In this document: positions 12,956-27,701 of the stretch, in pieces
How the letters are laid out: every line of letters starts with the position of its first letter
How positions within the stretch are numbered: position 1 is the first letter of the stretch
Assembly (NCBI RefSeq): GCF_018977255.1
Contig: NW_024704743.1
Span: 99,202,001 to 99,266,000 of the forward strand
DNA length: 64,000 bases
Source: Callorhinchus milii
Taxonomy: Eukaryota
Direction of reading: 5' to 3'
Translations under genes and position numbers: made by a program
Notes under the pieces: generated by a model
Told to the model about the DNA's origin: nothing
The model's database searches: none
The model's input: only the letters and a program-made list of their open reading frames with translations

Positions 12956-13799
12956 ACATAGTTCCTACATTTTATAGTTAGAAATCTGTGAAGCGTTTGG
13001 AGACCTTTTGACAATGTGAAAGATGCTATATCAAATACAAAAAATATTATTATCAGCATTCAGGATTGTGTTAGGGGGTGAGCTGATCGTTCAGCGTAGA
13101 TTCATTGCAAAATTGACCAATATGATTTTATAACTGAGATTCTAACCTCACCATTCCATGGTCAAAGATGGTCACTTATAATTATGTAGTGCCATTTACA
13201 GAGAAATTATTAGTTTTTTAATTGAAATATCAATCTCACATTTTCTCCACTGCTCAAGCAGCCTCCAAAGAAACTTGATTTCTTCTCTTGTGACAAATTT
13301 CTCTTTTCCCCCCAACAACTCCTAATGAGCCCCAAGTCCTTCCAAGGCTTGAATACGATACTGCTTCCGTGTCTAGAGAAGTTCTCTTAGCACCTTGTTC
13401 ATACTCCTGGAGAGGATACAAGTGTTTCATAAGTGACACTTCTCTCACCTCTAGCCTTCAAGCTTTCTCACCATTTCTTCTTTGTCTCTATTTCATTAGT
13501 ATTACTATATATTGGCCTCATGATTCAACACATTCTATACATTCCTCCTCATTCCTTTATCTTTACTGTGTTGAGATCCAAATTCACAACTCGGGATCTG
13601 TAGTGCGCCATTTGTTAAGCATAACAAACTTTTCATCACGTGTCATTATTGTAATAGGAAATCCTTTTTTTTAATCTTGAAAGTATGATACATCTCACTC
13701 TCTCCTGCTTCGTCATTCGTTTACACTACTTAAAGATTTACTTCGAACCAAGACTGCTTTTTTCATCTTTTCTTGCCCATCTACTCCCCTACAATGCAA

Positions 13800-14420
13800 T
13801 ACAAAATTATTGGGGAGGATGTCCCAAGGCATGAACAGTCAGGGATTAGGACCCGAGCGGGGGGGTGGTGGGGAAGGTTGGGATCAGGGAGAGTGGAGGA
13901 CAGAGAGGGTACGGTTGAAGGAATAGTTGAAGAGGAGAGTCTGAGGCATGCCTTGAAGGAGATGAGGGAGGTAGTGGGGCGAAGGGAATGTGGGATAGAG
14001 TACCAGAGGGTGGTGGGAGATGCTGAAAGCCTGACCGCCGATGGTGGGGCAGGCCGGAGCCTATTGAGTGGAGGGAGCAGGCAGGTTGATAGGGGTTGGC
14101 AGGTCAGAGAAATAGGTGTGGAGGTGCTGGCGCAAGCCAATCAGCAGAACTTCGGTCTTGCTGACCTTCAACTGAGGAAAGTTGGCTCTCATCCAGGACT
14201 TGATGTCTGACAGGCAGTCTGTCAGGACATCAATCCTGGAGTCGAGGGTGGAGACAGAAAGATGGTGTCATCCGCATACATGTGCAAGTTGACCCCATAT
14301 CTGCAGATGATGTTACCAAGGTGAAGCATATACAGGTTGAAGAGGAGAGGACTGAGGACAGAGCCCTAACGAACACTGCACGAGATGGTGCGGGGTAGGA
14401 GGAGAAGCCGTTTGTGGAGA
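13800..14420 (-). mobile_element. L2-clade LINE 3' fragment, internally deleted
   Basis: Homologous to 43190-44370; HMYADDT-like region and 3' UTR. Confidence 0.8.
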
Positions 14421-17400
14421 CAAGGTGGAGCCTACCTCACACCAAATGTTGCTGAAACCCTTATTCACTTCTTTGCTGTCTCTTGACTAGACTTTTCCAA
14501 TGCATGCCCTCACCCGTTTATTTAGTTCCATCATCCATGAGCTTCAGTTTATTCAAAATTCTGTCACCCACATCCTCACTTGTACCAAACTCTGCATGCA
14601 CATCACCCTAGTCCCCGCCAGGGTCACGTGTCTGCCAATGGATGAACTTCAAGCCCCTCACCTTCAGCTATAAATACCTTTATTCTCTAACACCTCCCCG
14701 TCTCCGTGACCTATCCCACTTTTCTGCCTGCCCCCTCGGCATGACTAACTGAAGGCTACGACACTACATAAATACAAGTTGTTACAGTTGGTGTATGCAA
14801 AACAATTCCATGATGATGATTTTTTTATTGTTTAGATTTCCATATAAGGTTGAATAAGTTCGGGCTTAACCTCCAACCATATATTTTTCTGAAAATATAC
14901 ATACAAAATATACAAAATGCAAGAAAGCAACTAAATAGATTCTATGAATGTTTATATATAAATGTAATTTAACTTCAGGTTCACACCCATTTTCTCCCTT
15001 CCCATACAGAATTATATTTTTTCTAATAACTGGGCTGATGAGTGCAAGAAACCATTTATAAACCTTTGTTTCAATACTAACAACAACTTGCATTTATATA
15101 GCGCCCTTCACACAAGGTAGTGACTCAGGGCACTATTGCTTATCAGGCAAGTAATAAGTATTACGGATATGAATGGCATTAATAACCAATTCTTCATAAA
15201 GAGACTCCCTCCCCTTGCTGAGTTCAGGAGATTGAACATTACTGCTGGGAGGTCCTGTACAAATGCTAACACATTTCTCTGCATTGCTAAGGGCTACCTG
15301 GAAACATCCATTTTCCATTTTAAACCCTCACTGAGAAATGCTGCTCATAACAGAAGGTTAATCAAATTTGATCCAGAGTTCAACAACTGGAGCTAAACAT
15401 TTCTGGCACAGAAAATGAGTCTTTCAATCAAAGATCTGTTAGACAGACCTCTGCTCATGTGTGTAATACTCTCTTAGGAAGGCCAAATGAAAACAACACT
15501 TAGCTCCTGGTTCATTACTGGTAGGTCACTTATAGGTCATTTCACTGCTGCTAGGTCCGTTGTTCAACTTTGACCTAAGTCATAAAAGGTGGCAGAACAC
15601 TCGGGATTTTGTGAACAATGTTGTGGGGGGTGGGAAGGAGAAGGGGGGAAAGGAAAAGGGTCACCTGGTAGGGGGTGCTTGGGACTTTGATTGACAGGAC
15701 ATGATATGACCGGAATGCAACCGACCTCACTCTCTTGGCTCAGTCCTCTCCAGCTCTCTTTTTTTGTTGCTATCTCTCTCTAATTCATTGAACAGATAAT
15801 ACAACTAGGGATAACTATAAGTATGCAGAATGGTTAAAATATAGTACTTAGCCAGAGGCAGCCATGTGGTTATATACAATGCAGACTAAGTAGACTTTCT
15901 GCTTGATATTTCTATTAATAAAACATTTTCCTTTTCTTTCCTGTGGCTTGATTCTTTCAATTGGAAAAGCACGCAAATGGATTTCAATCTCCTCCATAAC
16001 TTCTGAAGGTAATATAAACACAGATGCACTTTCTACAAGGTGTTAACTTCCGACCCCCTAACCAAGGTAACCAGCTAAGTTGTTCTTGTGTCAAATATTG
16101 TGCTCTGTTGAGTACCATGAATTTGGAATAATGCAGCCAGTAATACAACATGTCCCGCAAACAGTCATGGATTTTTTTTGAAGGAATTATTACCCCCAGA
16201 AAAGCGATCCGCCAATCGACTAACAACTGGGTTCCTACTTACTGCTGGGTAAACAGAGGCGTGTGGAATAAGGAAACTTGCCTAATGTTTCACCCTGCTC
16301 GGGAATCAAACGCAGGTCCTCTCGTTTTCGAGTCAAGTGCTCTAACCACTAAGCTAGAGGACTCCACGAACCCTGTTGAACATTTCTATAATTTATAAAA
16401 ACTTGTATTTGGTCCCCCTATCGGGAAGAATGTTGGCCTGGACACTGTGAGAAACTCCCTTCACTTCTTCAACAGTGACATGGGATCTTTAACATTCAAG
16501 CATCTCATCCGAAGGCCAGCACCTTTGACAGGGCAGTGTGCTCTCCAACAATGCACTGGAGTGTCAGCCCAGACTGTGAGCTCTAAGTTATGACATGAGG
16601 CTTGAACCCACAATCTTCTGACTCAGAGGCAAGAGTGCTACCAACTGAGCCAGACTGACACCTTATGATACCAGATGTTCAAATAGCTTCTGCTTAATAG
16701 GGCACAATCTGATTTTACAGGTACATGAGAACCAGAATCAGCAGCAATGAAGTGGTTTGGATGCCTGGTAAGGCACTGGAAGTTATTGGGCTGCTGACCA
16801 ATAAAAGGTCATGTAAAGCTTCATAGAAAATAGCTACCATTTGGAGCTTGCCTTTATAAAAATCATGGTACAAATATAGAATGTTCACAACATATCAAAG
16901 AGTAATAGTTGCTACAAGGATTATCAAATAAACCTTGTTATATCATATGGAAAATATTAGATGTTAAAACTATCCCAATTGATATATCATAATTCCCTTA
17001 GAAATGCACATCAAAAGTTTGTTAGCTATAAAGCTTGGTGAAAAACATTTTTTGTCAGATGTTATGCCATAGAATCCTGTACAGAACTGAAACAGACCAT
17101 TCGGTCAAACAAGTCCTTGGTTGTGTTGATGCACAATATGAGCCTCCACCCATCATAATCCCTTCTCCCTTTCCCTTCTCCCATATCCCCGTATTCTCTT
17201 GCCCCCATGAAAGCATTATGTTTCCTCTTAAATGAATTGATATTTTCTGCTTCAACCGCAGAATTCTTATTATTGTACTTTCTTTGTAAGATCCCATTTT
17301 TTAAATTAACTCCAACATAATGAATACTTCTCTGAACAGATAATACGAGGGCCAGTAATACCTGGTATTTCGAATCACTAAATGAAAATCTACTGCTTTT

Positions 17401-18774
17401 ATGCGGAGGAAGTAACATGGTGACTTACCTTCCCAGGGGTAAGTTACATTTCACAAAAATGCTAGCCTCTGATGTTCTTTTGAGTTCTTGCATGTTATTG
17501 CAAGGGTCACAGTTGTAATTTATTAGCACCAGATGTTTGTGCACGATCAAAATGAAAACTGGTGAATACATTTAAAAAAAATAAACTTTTTTTTGTTTTC
17601 CAAATTTATAAAATGTCATTTATAGACATGGAGCAAGCTATGAAAAGTGTGGGCTGGGGTGGGAGGGAGTCAGTGTCTGATTGTAAGTCATATGAAAGGA
17701 AAAATGCAGCAGAGTAACTGCTGTCTTGGTGATGCCAATAAGAGTCCCACAATTTTAAAGTGTATTAGCCCATTAATCCTCCACAGCCGGACCAAACTAA
17801 GGCTTGTACAGAATAGACATCCCACCCTTTTTACTCATTTGGAACTTATTTCTGATGTGAGATCTTGGCATCAATATGTTCAAGTTACCTTTTATGCTAT
17901 GGTATGTTATGGAATATTCACTGGAGCCAGATATTGTATTTCATATAAAACATTTAGCTCCCAGTGACCTTGTTATAGTGAGGAAGGAATGCAATTGTAA
18001 ATTTAGTTTCTCTCCCACTTTCAAATGCCCCTTTCACCATAGAAATGAAATCTACTTCTAAAGGACATACTTGCTCCTTTAATTCATGGGGACAGTTTTA
18101 AGATGGGGAGAAAAGATTTGTTTCCATTTTGCATTTTGGTGTAAAACACGACATTCACAGAATGATTTGCTCATAGCATCAACTCGCAGACATTCTGCTC
18201 TGACATAATACACTACCATAAGTGCTCTGGGACGCCGTCCAGTGTGAAAGGTGCTATATAACTATAAGTTGTTGCTGTTGTTGTTCCAGAGCATACGTCA
18301 CGTGGGTCAGCATGTCACACGTCTGCGGTAGCATTATTTGTGAATATTTCCTAAATATTGCATTTTAGACCCCACAGAGTATTATCACGTGATTAATTGA
18401 AGAACAACACATTGCTTGTTTCTTTTTCCTCCAAGTTTCTGCCTCCTCTCCTGGTTTAAGTGGTGACATATCTTATCCAAGCACACTTCTTTCATAGACT
18501 GTAAATACGGGCAAGCTATGTCCCACAAACAGACATGAGGTGAATGACCAATTTTATATGGAGGATGGATTGTTGTCCAGGACACTGGGAGAAACTCCCT
18601 TCCCTTTTGGAATAATGCTATGGGATGTTCAATTCTGCTAAACATCACTCTTACTCTTAGTCAGATACAACAAGCCTATTTCTACCACAAAAACAATGAA
18701 TTGGCTGCTGCTGTCACCTACACTTTACAGTAAAATCCTGTGAAGTGCTTTGAGACATCTCAAAGATACACAAC

Positions 18775-19320
18775 AACAACAAAAACATCAACTTGCATTT
18801 ATATAGCGCCTCCACACATGGTAGCGTCTCAGAGAGCTTAACAGTGACGGAGCCTGACTCCAAGCCGGAGGGATGGCCATAAGCACAGTCGAAGAGGAAA
18901 GTTTTCAGGTGGGACTTGAAAGAGGGGAGGGGGCAAGGTGGGAAAGTTTTCAGGAGGGACTTGAAAGAGGGGAGGGGGCAAGGCGGAGGGATTGAGGGAG
19001 ATGTTCCGGAGTTTTGGGGCATAGTGGCTGAAAGCACGACCTCCGATGGTGGGGCGGAGAGTGTGAGGGACAAGCGGAGGCGCTGGGTGGTGGAATGGGG
19101 AGTGAGGACACTGGAGAGGAAGGGAGGTGCCAGGGGTGAATGAATTTGAACATGAGTATGAGGATCTTGAAGTCAATCTGTTTGGTGATGGAGAGCCAGT
19201 GGAGCCTGCGAATGATGTTACCAAGGAGAAGCATATACAGGTTGAAGAGGAGAGGACAGAACCCTGATGAACACTGCACGAGCTGGTGCGGGGTAGGAGG
19301 AGAAGCCGTTTGTGGAGACA
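18775..19320 (-). mobile_element. L2-clade LINE 3' fragment
   Basis: LHWL..IDFKIL and PTIGGRAFS motifs; (CAA)n tail. Confidence 0.8.
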
Positions 19321-21589
19321 TGTTTGTGGAGAAGCTGTTTGTGGAGAGTCTCTTAAATGATCAGCTCCTGCAATATGTACAACACTCAGGCTAAACAGTA
19401 CTGAGATAACTGATCAGATCTCAGTCAGACAGCAGCTTGAGAGTCTCTGGGTCAGTATGCAGGAGGCAGAGTTTTGAATGAGCTGGATCTTGTGAATGGT
19501 GGAGCTGGGGAGACCGGCAAGGAGTGTGTTGGGAGTAATCCAAGTGGGAGGTGACAAACGCACGCACGAGGGTTTCGGCTGCATTTGACAAGATGAAGTA
19601 CTATGTCAAATGCAAAGATTAGTATTATTATTTTAATAATTGTATTGGGCTCCGACAATAGCTCAATTGGTTGAGTCATTGCTCAAAGTGAAATTACGGC
19701 AGGTAGATCTTAGAGTTCATCCCCAATGCCCAATGTTGTATGGTGTTTATTAATGGTTTAAGCACTGAGGAATACCAGTGGAAGAGTATAATTTCTAAGG
19801 AGTAAACAAGTGAAGTGAGTCTCTTAAATGATCGGCTCCTGCAATATGTACAACAGTCAGGCAAGACAGTACTGAGATAGCTGATCAGATCTCAGTCAGA
19901 CAGCAGCTTGAGTGTCTCTGGGCTTAGAAGGGGAATTAAATCAGCCAAGGTTTCTGTTCCTGATAACTACCTAGTGATCCCTGCTGGGAAATGTTTGTGA
20001 TCAGGATAGGTTAAAAACATGTGCTTCTCTTTTCTTTGCTTGGCTCAACAACCTCCAAGGATTAATAGACTGCCAAATCTCACTGACTCGTTATCACAAA
20101 TCCCTGTGGAACTATATACCAGCACGCGTCAGCTCCCGCAAGAGACGAAAGGAGAAAATTGGTGGGGGAAAACAAAGGGCACATACTGTAGTTTTAACGC
20201 ATCCTGAAGCAATGTGTGTCAACAAGTATCAGCCTAGCCAAACAGTAATAGCAAAGGAAAAATACAGCAAAAGAACTAATGTTAACATTGGGACATATAA
20301 AGATAATAACAAGACATATTTTACAACTGTGAGCTCCCAGCTGTTGCTCATTTTTCACTGAGGCTAAACTAATGCATGTTCGAGCAGCAGTTTAAAGGCC
20401 ACACAGTCTTAGGACATTGTCATGAGCAATTCCTTCCTTAAAAACTTGGAAAAGGAACATTTCCTGATTTCATAAGTAGTGGCAAATAAAACTCAATGTG
20501 AGAATTAGAAGTCTCTATTACAACTCCCCCCACCCTCCCCCACCCACACAGTGATCTTGTGGGGAAAGGTATTGCCCAATGCAGCAGCAAACCATACAGT
20601 TATCCCTCTAGGATTGGCGTTAGCGCCCCTGGGTTGGGGGAGTAACAGTTAGCTAGGGTTGAGGTCAGGCTTATATTTGGCTCTAAGTAGCCTCTCTCCT
20701 CCCCCATGATCAAATAGCCTGCCAACACTCACACATGAGTAATGGACAGCTTGAGGCTTCAGCTTCCCCCTGCCCACCATCACTTTATCACCTTATCAGA
20801 AGAAATCTTTTCATTTTGTGTTGTTTTGTTTGAAGTTTCTTCCTTTGCTGAAGAACACGTCTACTTCAATCAATCTTGGTTTGAGGTCATTTGCTACTTT
20901 CCAGATGCATTTTGTGTTGGTCAAGAAGAGGGGCATCAGTGCTGGTAAACTGAAGATTTTTCCCTTTCAAGCACCCAGTATCACTGCCTAGCACATTAAG
21001 GTCAGGAACAACATGGTTAGTAAACCTCTGGCCACTCTGAGTGCCCCAGCAATTCATTTCAGCTTCAACTCTACAAGAGCAGCTTCATTAACTGGCACCT
21101 ACACAACATCTTTACATTAGGAGGAGTTTTTAAAGCTCTTTACGTGGACATCTAACAAGCTCAGAGGCAGGTGGAAGTGACTCTACTGTTGTGAGTTACT
21201 GGCATAACCATGTGTTGAGTATGCTGCTAACCAGCACTCCAATATGATCATCAGCAAGCTGGGAAGACCAATGGGTATGGGCAGCCATACCCCAACCACA
21301 GTGATGAACTGAGACATGGGGGTCGCACTAGCAGCAAGTCTGTAAATCAAGGATTAGACAGCCAGGAATGCTCTTGATGGGATAATTATTACCAATAATA
21401 ATTAACAAATCACAATTTTCACACACACACCCCCATCCATCCTCCTTGGAGGAAAAGGACTGAAAAGACTTTAAACTTGAATCAAGTCAGCAGCTGGATG
21501 ATGTAAAATTTCATAGGGACTTTCCCACAGTCAGACGTCAAATGTTTAATTTGTTTACTCTGCAAACTGCAACATTTATAAATAATACA

Positions 21590-22032
21590 ATAATCCTTGT
21601 ATTTAATATAATTCTTGCATTTGATGTAGTGTCCTATTATGTCATCAAGACATCTCAAAGCCGTTCAAAGGATATACTGGAAAGTGGTGTGAATTGTGAA
21701 TCCCGTGAGAGAACATAGCAGTCAATTTGCATACAGCTATATCCCACAGATAGACATGAAAAAATTATCAATTTTATTTAGGGGGAGTTTGTCAAGACAC
21801 CAGATGAATCTCCCTTCTCTTTTTGAAAGGAACAATGGATTCAACATCCACCTGAACCAGCAGACAGGACCTCGGTTTAACTTCTGATCCAAGGGGCAAT
21901 GCTTTATTCCACCAGTACTGCATTGCATTGTCAGGTTAGACTACAGGAGATCAAAGTCCTAACTTGGGACTTAAACCCACCACTTTCTGACTCAAGGGTG
22001 AAAGTTCTACTAACTGAGCCAGGCTGACACCT
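21590..22032 (-). mobile_element. SINE family B, near full length
   Basis: Head ...CTGAGCCAGGCTGACACCT, core and tail present. Confidence 0.75.
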
Positions 22033-24429
22033 AATGAGGCATACAACATAGTTTGTGAACTCTGCACCAGTATTTGTACTTCAGACCCAAGAGCTGGAAT
22101 GGATATTGGAACATATTTCAGTTATTAACCAACCAATCGTGAGATTTACAAATTATTAGGAGTGGAGCAGCCTGTATTAATTATGGCATTTTCAGAACCT
22201 GCTTGTTTTTGTTCAAGTGAAACAAGTGAAGTGAGATAAGAGATCCATATCACACTTAACTGACCATCTGAATGCAACAGGCACAAAATAGTTCCAAGTT
22301 TACCATAAGTGAACAGCAGATCTCTATCATATGGGCCAGACAACACAAGAAGTAATGAAGTGATACATTTACCACTTAAATACTCCAAACAAAATACAAT
22401 TATATGGTTCCAGACTAAAATTGCCTACAGAACCTCAAGGCTATAATTTCAAAGATGTGCTGGGCGATGTGCACAGTGGTACAATATTATGTTTTCATAT
22501 GTTTGCAAATGGCATTTCCCAGAAACACTGACTTTTTCCAGATTTTCTCTCCTTCTGAAGCTGTTTACTTGTGCTGGGTGTAGCTCTGTAAGCACTTACG
22601 CCTGCTTTAGGGATTAAGGATCTATCTCTGCAACAGTGCTTTCATCTTCCTGCCCCCCACCACCCCCACTCTAAGCTCAACGAGCCTCCCCCTCCCAGCC
22701 TGGGTGCCCAATCTGTGTGAAATGCTTTGAGATATCCTTCTAATGTCAAAGGAGCTATATAAGTATAAACTTTGGTTGTTTCTACTATTGTTGTTAAGAA
22801 CCTGCATGATGGTTCTTAACGAATGAGCCTGGATTAGCCCAAATTGTCTCAGTACTAAATCAGCAAAGTCCAGGGATTGAATGTGGAATCTTCCCAACCC
22901 ATTTGCTCAGAACGACACAGAACATTCACCCACTCAGCCTACAGAACAAGCCCCATTGCAACATTTGTTATGTCACTTCAAATGAGTTAGGAAATCGTCG
23001 CTGAATGAAAAGAAGAAGCCTTTTAATTTATGCCACATGTGTGGTCAGTAAACAGGAGAAATAGTTTTAATGGCTCAGGATTTGTAAACACATTTGTTTA
23101 AAACATTGTTTAACATATTTTAAACTTTCTTGCAACCCAACTTAAATCTTAAAGTTTTCCATGCGGGGCTTTTTTAACAGTGTGGTGTGAAAGCAGAAGA
23201 AATATATATGGTTAGAAATTCACATGGAATGAGGAAATTCTGTGCTGGGATAAGGAACTGATCTAATTAAGTCATTTCTGTGTCAGGGCTAATGCTGCAG
23301 TTTCTTGGAGAGCTTTGGGATAAAACATACTTTTTAAATACAATTATCACATTGAATCTGTGAAAGATAGGAATTTATCCAATTTGGGATCTGAACCCTC
23401 CTCCCCCCACCCCACCCAACCTCCCCCACCCCCTCGTCCCACACACATGTGACTTGAGTTTAGCACAGGGAAGATTTCACCAGCAGCGAGGTTTTCACTC
23501 GTGAGGCCAACTGTAAATCTTTCAATAACTTTACTTTTAAATGTAATCTGCTCGGACCGACAGAACATATTTCACTGCTGACCACGTATTACACTCCATC
23601 TGATAATTCACAATTTATTACAAGTTAACATGTTGTCTATTTAATTTTTGCAGCAGTGTTTGCACAACAACTTGTGAGACATGCATGTTTTACTGGGCGA
23701 GGGTCTGCTTTCTGTCAGGATTAATTAAGTTAAGATCAGGCATTTTTAGTGGACTTTTTACAAAATATTTTCTATCGTAAAGTAAATTCCTTTTCAATCT
23801 AATTTTGATCCTCAGACTTCCTCTGATTGAAGATATGACAAAAATAATATTTTAGTGTGTAATTGAGCCTGACATGGGTTCAAAAGGTCACTGCTCCCAA
23901 CTTGTGCGTTTGTTGATCCAAATGACTGGAGTAAAATTGGGTTCCACAGCAATCTAAACCACTTTGAAAGGAATTGTAAATGGCCACAGAAAAACAATTC
24001 CCCAGAGAGAGTTCTGGTATTTTAATTCCAATATTCTCTGCACAGAATGCATCGACCCAGGGAGCACATAGATAAAAGCATTCTGGAAAGACACATTAAA
24101 CAAGATGTCTTGCGTCAAGAGTTACATGTCGTTTCCCCCCTTCTGCTCAGCTAACTCAGGCTTCCTGCTCGTCCCCCACCCCTGATGCACTACCATTGGT
24201 GGATGAGCCTTCAGTTCCTATGCCCTAAACTTGGGACTCCTCTGTCACTCCGTCTCACCCCTCTCTTTCTGTCTTTAAGTCCTGTCTCAGATCCTACCAC
24301 TTTCAATGCACCTATGGCCACTTCTCTCTCCCTCTTCACCTCTCCCTTCCATCCATTCCTTGCCTGTTGTCCAATACCATCTCTGTGAAGAGTTCAGAGA
24401 CGTTACTCGACGTCGAGGGTGCTACTGTA

Positions 24430-24655
24430 TATAACATAACATAACTTGTAGGAGCAGGAGTAGGCCATTCAGCCCTTCGAGCCTGCCCCGCCATTCAATC
24501 ATGGCTGATCTTCTAATCTAACTCCAGTTAATACCATAACCCTGCCTTATTCCCATATGCCTTAATCCCTTTTGCAATAAGAAATATATCTATCTCAGTC
24601 TTGAATATGTTCAAGGACTGAGTGTCAACAGCCTTTTGGAGTAGCGAGTTCCATT
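24430..24655 (-). mobile_element. CR1-like LINE 3' end
   Basis: (ATAAC)n tail followed by ggagcaggagtaggccattcagccc, typical of a CR1 3' UTR in reverse. Similar remnants at about 17075-17290, 26640-26750, 33135-33240 and 48250-48380. Confidence 0.65.
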
Positions 24656-24789
24656 CATAAGTGCAAGTTGTTTTGCAATTAATCATTCCTCTTAACATCT
24701 TAAAGGCCCAACCTCGAGTCCAAGGCAGAACACGTGGTCAGGACATTAATACAAGTTCTGCTAAGAGTTATACTTTAGTACATGTTCTG

Positions 24790-25105
24790 TTAATAATAAT
24801 AATAATCCTTGCATTTGCACGCTTTTTACGTGGGAGGACGTCCCAAAGTGCTTCACAGAACACACTGTAAAGTGAATTGACTGTATATTTGTGGGCGAAC
24901 GCGGCAGCCAATTGCGCACAGCAATGTCCCACAAACAGTCGTAGATTAAAATGATCAATTTATTATTATTGTTTTTGGTTTTGGAGGGATTATTATTAGG
25001 CGTGTGGAGTAAGGAAACTTGCCCAAGGTTTCGCACTGCCTGGAATTGAACTCGGGTCTCTCGCTTGCAAAGCGAGTGCTCTAACCACTGAGCTACAGGA
25101 CTCCA
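24790..25105 (-). mobile_element. SINE family A, full length
   Basis: Complete copy. Confidence 0.88.
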
Positions 25106-25392
25106 CAAGCGTGGCTGTAAAATGTAATGGCTGCATATTTTGGAAGTGAACACGTCAGCCAATTTGTACACAGCAATGTCCCAGCCATGAAGTGAATGAC
25201 TAATTTTATCTGGGGAATTGTTGGCCAGGAGGAACTCACTTCTATCTTTTCAAATAGTGCCATGGGATCTTTAACTTTCAGTTAAACAGGCAGACAAGAA
25301 TTTGGTTTAACGTCACACCCAAAGCAGTGCTTCCCCACCACAGCACTGTGAGTTCAAAGTCCTGACATGGGGGCTTGACCAGCAACCTACCC

Positions 25393-25720
25393 GTGGAGTC
25401 CTGTAGCTCAGTGGTTAGAGCACTCGCTTTGCAAGCGAGAGACCTGAGTTCAATTCCAGGCAGGTCAGGGCGAAACCTTGGGCAAGTTTCCTTACTGCAC
25501 ACGCCTAATAATAATCCCTCCAAAAACCCAAAACAACAATAAATTGGTCATTTTCAATCTATGATTGTTTGTGGGACATTGCTGTGCGCAATTGGCTGCC
25601 GCATTCGCCCACAAATATACAGTCAATTCACTTTACAGTGTGTTCTGTGAAGCGCTTTGGGACGTCCTCCTGATGTGAAAAGCGCTATATCAAATGCAAG
25701 GATTATTATTATTATTATTA
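25393..25720 (+). mobile_element. SINE family A, full length, nested in a family-B SINE
   Basis: Complete copy; the host element continues at 25721-25767. Confidence 0.88.
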
Positions 25721-25959
25721 CTCACTCAGAAGCAAAAGTGATACCAACTGAGCACAGGCTGACACCAAATAACTTGAATTATTTATCAAAGCAATACAAT
25801 GATGCAGTGCATTGGACTTACAATCTACCATACCACAGAGAGGTGCCTGTATCTTCATGGCTATAAATACCCACATATTGAATTCCTGATTTTCTCCTGT
25901 TGTAATGGAAAGGCATTGTATTGTGATAAAACACATAATGTGCTGGTTCTGTTAACTGT

Positions 25960-26595
25960 ATACCCTCAGGCTGCCGAAACCCTCACCCATGCATTCGTCA
26001 CATCAAGGCTCGATTACGGGAACTCCCTCCTCATCGGCCTTCCCAACTCTTCGTTTCACAAGCTGCAGATCATCCAAAACTCTGCAGCTTATGTACTCTC
26101 ACGCACCAGGCTCTGTGACCCCATCACTCCAACCCTCACCCGAATCCACTGGCTCTCCATCCCCCAGAGGATCGAGTTCAAGATCCTCGTCCTCACATTT
26201 AAGGCCATCCATAGCCTTGCCCCCTCCTACCTCTCTGACCAGCTGATCCCTACCAACCTGCCCGCTCCCTCCGTTCATTAGGCTCCGGCCTGCTCCATGT
26301 CTCCCCCCCCGACCCGCCCTACCATCGGTGGCCAGGCTTTCAGCCTCTCTGCCCCCACGCTCTGGAACTCCATCCCACAGTCCCTTCGCCTCGCTTCCTC
26401 CCTTGCCTCCTTCAAGGCCGGTCTCAAGACCCTTCTCTTCGATCGTGCCTTTGATCTCCCTCTCACCTCGCCGCCTTCCCTCACTCCTATACCACCCCTC
26501 CTCCATCCTCGGGCCCCGACACCTGACTGTTCAGCACTTTGGGCTGTCCTCCTGATGTGAAAGGCACTCTATAAATGTAGTTTTGTTGTTGTTGT
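25960..26595 (+). mobile_element. L2-clade LINE 3' fragment
   Basis: [15 protein letters not shown]...LQIIQNSAA...HWLSIPQRIEFKIL. Confidence 0.88.
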
Positions 26596-27701
26596 TATGT
26601 ATAGGTAAAAACCTCCAAATGTGAAACATATGGATAAATGTTTTAAATATTTAGGTCATGCAAGGAGATTAAATGTTTCAAATGTATAATAGTGGTCAGA
26701 CACAGACAAGTAGGGCTGAATGGCCTCTTTTCGTGCTGTACCACTCTACGTAACTCGAATTGCAGTGCTTTTCACGAAAATTACATTTTACATGTTGTTC
26801 ATACAATATGGGATTCTTTGCGATAGCAGGAGGCTTTGGCCTGCTGACACAGCTGTTTCAAAAATTGGGAGCAATATCATTCACGAAAGCCCATGGGATA
26901 TAAGGTTACAGCTAAGCAATAATAACAAAAGCAGGAAACAGATCAGCAAACTTTGGAGTCTACACGGTCCCCAGGGGAACTCGTTTGCCAACTGCAGATG
27001 TTGATGGTTTTGAACTGAACGTATGAATGCAACTTCCCCAATCCAATTTTCTTCCCGATTATATATGACTGTGCAAAGTCTTCTCTTTAATCCACAGCAA
27101 AAACAAATCCAAGCTAACTACAATTTTGCAGTTTAATAACAAACTAAACATTCACCACAAACTGAAACAGAATACCTCCCTTTCCAATGAGGGAAACAAG
27201 TTTGTTTTTACTTTTGATATTTTTAAAGGAAATCTTTACTGTTAAGTATAACCAGAGAAGGCTGAGGTAAAGTCTGAAATCATATTATGCAATCGTTTCA
27301 GATTTCTAGCTCCCTTTGCATGGATGGCGGTGCTGGTAAAATATCAAAGATCTAAGGAAAACATTCCTGTCACTAGTTACATCAGTGAGTTTTTCAGAAG
27401 AAATTTGTTTTTCTTTCCAGTCGATGTTTTTACTGGATTTGAATTTCAGCAGAAAAATTTATAGCGAAGGAGTTGTTTTTAGTTTTGTTTTTTTCCTCTC
27501 CTTCCCTGAAGACGCAGAATCACGTTGAGACATGGTTTCACAGGCACTGGCCTCCTCCCTGATATCTTTGTTAAGTGGCCATTCCTCGTGCGATACTAGA
27601 CATAAGGTGCTCAACCCTGAGGTGGTATGTTTTCATGTGGGGGCTGAACTTGGTCCTGTCCTTATGAGACATCTGCATTTCTCTGGGGGGGAGGGGAAGG
27701 G

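Noticed and set aside
15030..15075. CTGATGA...GAAA hammerhead-like core (CTGATGA also near 39731)
   Set aside because: The required stems and cleavage triplet cannot be formed.
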